Part shown: positions 58,476 to 64,000 of the stretch, piece by piece
Numbering within the stretch: position 1 is the stretch's first letter
How the letters are laid out: every line of letters begins with the position of its first letter
Assembly: GCA_964416445.1 (NCBI GenBank)
Contig: CAYQEE010000003.1
Coordinates: 1,946-65,945 of the forward strand
DNA: 64,000 nt
Direction of reading: 5' to 3'
From: an uncultured Gammaproteobacteria bacterium
GTDB taxonomy: Bacteria; Patescibacteriota; Microgenomatia; Levybacterales; UBA12049
Notes under the pieces: generated by a model
Databases searched by the model: none
Seen by the model: the letters and a program-made list of their open reading frames with translations, nothing else
Told to the model about the DNA's origin: nothing
Made by a program: the position numbers and the translations under genes

Positions 58476-59432
58476 ATGACACGAGAAGAGATTATCCTTC
58501 ATTACTTTCAAAAAAAAAATATATTAAACACATCGAATCCGTTCTATCAAGTTCATATATCGGAATTATTTAAATGGATGGTAAATGGAGATGATATTAC
58601 TCATGATAAATCGTTACATAATTTGCATCTTCATGGAACAGGTGAAGCAGAAATTATTAGTAAACAAAAAGGATTAATAGCTGGAGTAGAAGAAATTGTA
58701 TATTTACTCTCCCAATTTACTCAGTTAACTATTATTCCAAAAATGCATGACGGAGATGAAGTTGTGCCAGGACAAAAAATCCTAATCATATCCGGTGGAT
58801 ATAATGAAATTATTGCTTATGAGCGTGTTATATTAAATATCCTTGGCAAAATGTCTGGGGTAGCTACTATGACAAACACACTCGTTTCACAGATTGGGAT
58901 CCAACCACCGTTTCTTGCTTCAACTCGTAAAACTCCTTTGATGTTTTTAGATAAAAAGGCAGTAGCAGTTGGTGGAGGAGTTACGCATAGGTTGAACCTT
59001 TCTGATTGGGCAATGATTAAAGATAATCATTTGAAAATATTGCAAAAAGAGACAAATCAAAGTCTGGATAAAGTTATATCGAATGCAATCATGCGAATGC
59101 TTGAAGCCAATGTACCGTTTTTTGAAATCGAGGTAGAATCTTCTGAAGAAGCTGTGTTAACAGCCAAAGCGTTTTTAGAGAAGAAATCAAACCGAAATAT
59201 AAAAACTTGTATAGCTATCCTTTTAGATAACTTTGAACCACTTTCTGCAAACAATGTTATCTTACAAATAAAGAATGTAACAAGAGAACCATTTCAAATA
59301 CTATTTGAAGTTTCGGGAGGTATTACATCAAAAAATCTTTTAGCATGGACAAAGACAGGCACTGATATAATTTCTTTAGGTGCATTAACCCATTCTTCTC
59401 CGACCCTTGATCTCTCTCTTTCGATTATATAA
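58476..59432 (+). CDS. nadC: Nicotinate-nucleotide pyrophosphorylase (quinolinate phosphoribosyltransferase)
   Basis: AMIKDNHL..., with an (alpha/beta) barrel C-terminus. The start is taken directly after the nadA stop; the longer ORF overlaps nadA by 50 nt. Confidence 0.7.
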   Translation: MTREEIILHYFQKKNILNTSNPFYQVHISELFKWMVNGDDITHDKSLHNLHLHGTGEAEIISKQKGLIAGVEEIVYLLSQFTQLTIIPKMHDGDEVVPGQKILIISGGYNEIIAYERVILNILGKMSGVATMTNTLVSQIGIQPPFLASTRKTPLMFLDKKAVAVGGGVTHRLNLSDWAMIKDNHLKILQKETNQSLDKVISNAIMRMLEANVPFFEIEVESSEEAVLTAKAFLEKKSNRNIKTCIAILLDNFEPLSANNVILQIKNVTREPFQILFEVSGGITSKNLLAWTKTGTDIISLGALTHSSPTLDLSLSII

Positions 59433-59485
59433 CAGTAAAAATTAAAATTAAAACGAAAGAGTGCATTGAGGATAAATTTCAGTGT

Positions 59486-61189
59486 GTGCTACTATATAAG
59501 TTGTATATGTTACTGCCCGAAGAACAGTTACGAGCTTTGCTATTGCAGAAAAGATTTCTCGATGAAAAGGGATTTTCGGATGTGAGTGCGTATGCAGCAA
59601 ATATAGGAAGCTCACTTGAGGACGCATTAATTGAAAAAGATATTATAACTGATGAAACTTTAGGACAACTGATTGCTGATGCCTTAAATTTCCCTTTTGT
59701 TACTCTTTCAAAGTTAACAATTCCTGAGGATATCTTCCGAATTGTGCCAGAGAGAATTGCAAGAAAGTTTCACACGATTGCTTTTGAAAGATCAAATGAA
59801 GCAATAAAACTTGCAATGGTGGATCCCCGGAATACCGAATTACAAGAAATGCTTGTTCGTAAAACAAACCAAAAAGTAATTCCATATTTAGCTACAGCTC
59901 GTGATATAGAAACGACGTTACAAATTTATCGAAAAGATTTGCAGAAAACATTTGATGAATTATTACAAAAAGAAATAGGGAATTCTGCCCATGTTATTAG
60001 TGATGCTCCCGTTGTAAAAATTGTTGATTTATTGATTACTTATGCTTATCGAGATAAAGCTTCTGATGTTCACATAGAACCGCAAGAAGATAGCTCATTA
60101 GTACGTTTCAGAATTGATGGAATTCTTCATGATGTACTTTTTCTCGACAAACGATTGCACGATAGAATTGTAACTCGTATTAAAGTACTTTCAAGACTCC
60201 GTACTGACGAACACTTAAGCGCTCAAGATGGAAAAATGCAGATGCCACTTGAGGAGGAGAATCTTGATTTACGGGTGTCGATTATACCCATTGCAGAAGG
60301 TGAAAAAGTGGTTTTACGTTTATTGTCTTCTCATTTTAGACAATTCTCTTTACTCGATTTAGGAATGAAAGAAAAAGATTTAAAAAAGGTAAATCAAGCT
60401 ATTACTAAGTCTTATGGAATGATTCTTTCAACAGGACCTACGGGATCAGGTAAAACAACAAGTATTTACGCAATTCTCAAACTTCTGAATACTCGAGAAA
60501 AAAATATTACGACAATTGAAGATCCTATTGAATATCGAATTAAAGGTATCAACCAGATACAAGTAAACCCTAAAACGAATCTTACTTTTGCAAATGGCTT
60601 ACGAAGTATTTTACGACAGGATCCAAATATTGTATTTGTTGGAGAAATTCGTGATAACGAAACTGCAGGAATAGCAGTAAATGCTGCACTGACCGGACAT
60701 TTGGTTGTATCAACTCTTCATACAAATGATGCAGCAACAGTACTTCCTCGTCTTATTGATATGAAAGTGGAACCTTTTTTAGTTGCTTCAACCGTAAACG
60801 TCATTATTGCACAACGTTTAGTTCGAGAAATTTGTGCTTCCTGTAAGGCACCGTTCTCAATGAAACGAAATGAACTTTCCAAAAATCTCCCGGAAGATGT
60901 TATTGCTAAGCATTTTGGAACACAAGAGGATATTGCAATCTATAAGGGCATGGGATGTAAACTATGTCATTTTACTGGCTATATTGGCAGAATTGGCGTA
61001 TTCGAAATTATTGAAGTAACTTCACGAATTAAAAAATTACTATCCGAAAAGAATGATTCTGATGTTTTATTAAAAGAAGCTATTGCAGAAGGAATGACAA
61101 CTATGCTTGAGGATGGTTTAGAAAAAGTAAAAGAAGGGATGACAACCATTGAAGAAGTCCTCCGTGTAACTAAAGTTGAAATGTTATGA
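59486..61189 (+). CDS. pilB: Type IV pilus assembly ATPase (PilB/GspE family)
   Basis: Walker A GPTGSGKTT, Asp/His boxes, tetracysteine motif (CASC...CKLCHFTG), and an N-terminal GSPII-like domain. Confidence 0.8.
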   Translation: MLLYKLYMLLPEEQLRALLLQKRFLDEKGFSDVSAYAANIGSSLEDALIEKDIITDETLGQLIADALNFPFVTLSKLTIPEDIFRIVPERIARKFHTIAFERSNEAIKLAMVDPRNTELQEMLVRKTNQKVIPYLATARDIETTLQIYRKDLQKTFDELLQKEIGNSAHVISDAPVVKIVDLLITYAYRDKASDVHIEPQEDSSLVRFRIDGILHDVLFLDKRLHDRIVTRIKVLSRLRTDEHLSAQDGKMQMPLEEENLDLRVSIIPIAEGEKVVLRLLSSHFRQFSLLDLGMKEKDLKKVNQAITKSYGMILSTGPTGSGKTTSIYAILKLLNTREKNITTIEDPIEYRIKGINQIQVNPKTNLTFANGLRSILRQDPNIVFVGEIRDNETAGIAVNAALTGHLVVSTLHTNDAATVLPRLIDMKVEPFLVASTVNVIIAQRLVREICASCKAPFSMKRNELSKNLPEDVIAKHFGTQEDIAIYKGMGCKLCHFTGYIGRIGVFEIIEVTSRIKKLLSEKNDSDVLLKEAIAEGMTTMLEDGLEKVKEGMTTIEEVLRVTKVEML

Positions 61190-62241
61190 GTAAAAAACTA
61201 GCGAACATAAGTCTTACTAATAATGAAAAACTCGCTATGATTAGTAATCTCTCAACACTGCTTACAGCGGGTATTCCCATTTTAGAAGCTGTGGAACTTA
61301 TGCTTGAAGATGCAAAAGGTAATCCTAAGCTAGTACTCCAATCACTTTATGAAAGCTTAGTACAAGGGAAGCATATTTATGCAGCTTTATCTGAATTTCC
61401 AAAAAGTTTTGATAAAGTAACAGTGAACCTTCTTAAAGCATCTGAGGAAGCTGGTACACTTGAAACGATTCTAAAAGATCTTAAAGATCAAATAAAAAAA
61501 CAGATGGAATTTAGCGATCGATTACGTTCTGCGTTGATCTATCCTATGTTTATAACTCTTGTTTTTTTTGGAGTTATGCTAATGATACTTATTGTTGTTA
61601 TTCCTAAAATTAATACTGTTTTTTCAAGGTTAAATGTCTCAATTCCAGTTCCAACAAAAATTCTTATTTTTCTATCAAGTATTTTACTTACCTATCCTGT
61701 CTTTGTTACTGCTGGAGCAATTATTTTTATAGGTAGTTGTATATGGATAATAAAAACACAAAAACAATTTATTTATCCAATGCTATTTTCACTTCCTTTA
61801 ATAAGTAACTTAATACAAGAAATAGATCTGACTCGATTTTCCCGAAATCTTTATTTACTCCTGTCTGCTGGGATTACTATTACCAACGCATTAGAGCTAA
61901 CAGAAGAAGTTGTGATGAGAAAAGATGTCGCAAAGGCTATTCGCTATGCAAAGGAAACGGTACTTAATGGAAAAAGCCTTTCTGACGCATTTAAACAAAG
62001 AAAAACAATTTTTACCGGAATTATGATTAAAATAATTGAGGCTGGTGAACGTACCGGTACCCTTGATAAATCAATGTTAGATATCTCAGAATATCTTGAT
62101 TATGAAGTTTCCAATACAGTAAAGACGCTTACTACCGTATTAGAACCAGTGATGTTAATTTTAGTCGGAGTACTTGTTGGAGGCATGATGATGTCTATTA
62201 TTGCTCCAATTTATAGCTTAATAGGCCAAGTAAGTCATTAA
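61186..62241 (+). CDS. pilC: Type IV pilus inner-membrane platform protein (PilC/GspF family)
   Basis: Duplicated GspF domain with 3 TM helices; 4-bp overlap with pilB. Confidence 0.8.
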   Translation: MSKKLANISLTNNEKLAMISNLSTLLTAGIPILEAVELMLEDAKGNPKLVLQSLYESLVQGKHIYAALSEFPKSFDKVTVNLLKASEEAGTLETILKDLKDQIKKQMEFSDRLRSALIYPMFITLVFFGVMLMILIVVIPKINTVFSRLNVSIPVPTKILIFLSSILLTYPVFVTAGAIIFIGSCIWIIKTQKQFIYPMLFSLPLISNLIQEIDLTRFSRNLYLLLSAGITITNALELTEEVVMRKDVAKAIRYAKETVLNGKSLSDAFKQRKTIFTGIMIKIIEAGERTGTLDKSMLDISEYLDYEVSNTVKTLTTVLEPVMLILVGVLVGGMMMSIIAPIYSLIGQVSH

Positions 62242-62244
62242 TCT

Positions 62245-62736
62245 ATGAAAAGAAATGTGCTACAGCAAGGATTTAGCTTTATTGAGGTGGTAATTGTTAT
62301 CAGTCTAATAGTCATGCTACTTGGATTTATTATCATCAATCTTGCTAATATTCAACATAGTTCTTCATTAACTGCAACGATAGCCACAATAATTTCAGAT
62401 ATTAGAAGTCAACAAACTAAAGCTATGATCGGTGCAACCGAGGGAAGAACAGCGGCTGATTCTTATGGAATATATTTTTCTACAAATTCTTATACCTTAT
62501 TTCATGGACTTAGTTACAGGGCAACTGATTCGGCGAACTTAGTTGTTCCTCTTGATTCTAATATACAAATAACTAATATCACATTGCCGAATCAGGATGT
62601 TATTTTTCTGCAACAGAGTGGCGAACTAAGTGGATATATACCAGGTTCAAGTTCAGTAACTGTTTCAGACAATCAGGCAAAAATTCAAAAAGTTATCATA
62701 TTTAATAGATATGGTGCTATTGTCAGTGTACAATAA
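62245..62736 (+). CDS. Type IV pilin / pseudopilin with a prepilin-type N-terminal cleavage/methylation domain
   Basis: N-terminus MKRNVLQQG|FSFIEVVIVISLIVMLL, that is, a G|F cleavage site, Glu at +5 and a hydrophobic helix. Confidence 0.6.
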   Translation: MKRNVLQQGFSFIEVVIVISLIVMLLGFIIINLANIQHSSSLTATIATIISDIRSQQTKAMIGATEGRTAADSYGIYFSTNSYTLFHGLSYRATDSANLVVPLDSNIQITNITLPNQDVIFLQQSGELSGYIPGSSSVTVSDNQAKIQKVIIFNRYGAIVSVQ

Positions 62737-62739
62737 AAT

Positions 62740-64000
62740 ATGAAATTACAATTTGGACAATCGCTTATTGAAATTATCTTAACAGTTGCACTCGCAGCAC
62801 TATTACTTCCTGCTTTACTAACTGGTGTTATTGCGTCTCGGAATGGAAAAGTACAACAAGATCAGAGATTACAAGCAGTTGCTTTGTTCAAAGAAGCTGA
62901 GGAAGCAGTAAGATCTGTTCGAGAATTAGGGTGGAATTCCTTTGCAATTGATGGTACATATCACCCTTCTTTAACAGGATCGAATTGGAATTTGGTTTCA
63001 GGGTCTGAAGTTATCAATGGGTTCACTCGTCAAATTATCATCGCTGATGTTTATCGGGATTCGCAAGGCAATATTGTTACTTCTGGAGGAACAAATGATG
63101 CTTCGACGAAAAGCATTACAGTTACTGTTTCTTGGAATGCTCCCCTCTTAACATCAGTAACTGCCACTTCGTATATAAGTAGATATTTAAATAATGCAAC
63201 GACAACCCAAACACTTTATTCAGATTTTAAACCAGGTATTTCAAATGGTACTAGTATTGCGACAACGAGTGGTAGTGGGATTCAAAATGATGGTCAGGTT
63301 CAATTAGCACAAGGTGGATATGGCGATTGGTGTCAACCTCAAAATAATGTACTTTCTGCACTTACTCTTCCTAAGCAAGCAAACACACTTATAGCGACAC
63401 AAGGAGCTGCATTTTTAGGTACTGGTGATGGTACAAATGGAGTCGCGTTTATCAATGTTGGTATTAGTGATCCTCCTTTTCCGGCTACGCCTGCTGCTAC
63501 GGTTCAAGGAACATATTCAAGTGCAGTTCAGACAAACGCGATTTATAGTGATGGAACTTATGCATATCTTGCAACCAATGGAAGCACTGCTCAAGTTACT
63601 ATTTTAGATATTTCTCATAGTCCTTACACAAAAGTTGGTTGGATAGATCTTCCAAGTGGTCAAGCAGCTAATGGGGTATATGTTTTGAACAATATTGCAT
63701 ATATTACGAGTAGTAATACATTATATACCTATAATGTTGCTACGAAAACTGGCGATCATTCTACTCCCCTCACCTCAATTGCTATGTGGATTGGCATCGG
63801 ATCAACTCCATTGGCGAAACAAGTTTTTGTTATTGGAACTCATGTGTATGTTGGAACTGCAAATACACTTTTTGGTTTACAAGTTTTTAAAGTATCTAAT
63901 AATGGCTCAACATTACAATTAGTAGGTGTATCAAATCTTACTTGGCAACAAGCATCGCAAGGTTTATTTGTGAACCCAGCAGGGACTCGTGCATATATAG
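62740..64000 (+). CDS. Large pilin-like protein with a prepilin N-terminus and a Ser/Thr/Gly-rich repetitive beta-rich domain; continues beyond the window (partial)
   Basis: MKLQFG|QSLIEIILTVALAALLL (Glu at +5). The frame is open for 420 codons to the window edge, with recurring blocks YSDGTYAYLATNGS, VYVLNNIAYITSSNTLYTYNV and THVYVGTANTLFGLQVFKV. It is absent from the supplied ORF track because no stop occurs within the window. Confidence 0.55.
   Translation, partial: MKLQFGQSLIEIILTVALAALLLPALLTGVIASRNGKVQQDQRLQAVALFKEAEEAVRSVRELGWNSFAIDGTYHPSLTGSNWNLVSGSEVINGFTRQIIIADVYRDSQGNIVTSGGTNDASTKSITVTVSWNAPLLTSVTATSYISRYLNNATTTQTLYSDFKPGISNGTSIATTSGSGIQNDGQVQLAQGGYGDWCQPQNNVLSALTLPKQANTLIATQGAAFLGTGDGTNGVAFINVGISDPPFPATPAATVQGTYSSAVQTNAIYSDGTYAYLATNGSTAQVTILDISHSPYTKVGWIDLPSGQAANGVYVLNNIAYITSSNTLYTYNVATKTGDHSTPLTSIAMWIGIGSTPLAKQVFVIGTHVYVGTANTLFGLQVFKVSNNGSTLQLVGVSNLTWQQASQGLFVNPAGTRAYI

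Noticed and set aside
63425-63922. Track ORFs 63425..63607 and 63695..63922
   Set aside because: These are out-of-frame fragments inside the long open frame starting at 62740, which encodes a pilin-like protein continuing past the window end.
1-64000. Search for a CRISPR array, transposases or integrases
   Set aside because: No short direct-repeat arrays, no DDE or tyrosine-recombinase-like ORFs, and no inverted terminal repeats were seen. The tRNA-associated islets lack a recognisable integrase.

Overview
Low-GC (about 33%) bacterial chromosomal segment. It carries monoderm-like hallmarks (sortase, a coproporphyrin-dependent heme branch with a HemQ/ChdC-like gene) together with features common in Patescibacteria/CPR-like genomes: type IV pilus genes with giant pilin-like proteins, tandem GT-C glycosyltransferases, an archaeal-type phosphoglycerate mutase, a CAP-domain protein and many secreted S/T/P-rich proteins. 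I cannot assign a lineage from sequence alone. Most of the window is core metabolism and housekeeping: a pyk-eno-apgM glycolytic cluster, obg, a class I/II aminotransferase, a zur-znuACBB zinc uptake locus, pabBC, hemB/hemH and a translationally coupled hemC-hemD-chdC-hemE run, msrBA, nadB/nadAC, and pilBC plus pilins. Four tRNAs (Leu, Pro, Gly, Arg) mark the accessory insertions.

The accessory content is: (i) compositionally distinct hypothetical genes interleaved with tRNA-Leu and tRNA-Pro; (ii) a PurD-like ATP-grasp, acidic small protein and Cys-nucleophile alpha/beta-hydrolase trio next to two tandem GT-C glycosyltransferases, one of which carries a copy of the 5' half of the adjacent tRNA-Gly; (iii) a block of secreted proteins at 23.7-25.3 kb and 35-45.7 kb, including three that share a previously unannotated C-terminal tail domain (a possible novel sorting or anchor signal), Cys-rich repeat modules, two GH5-like hydrolases and one tandem-GH5 protein ending in a dockerin; (iv) the decayed remnant of a P-type ATPase.

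I found no CRISPR array, transposase or integrase.
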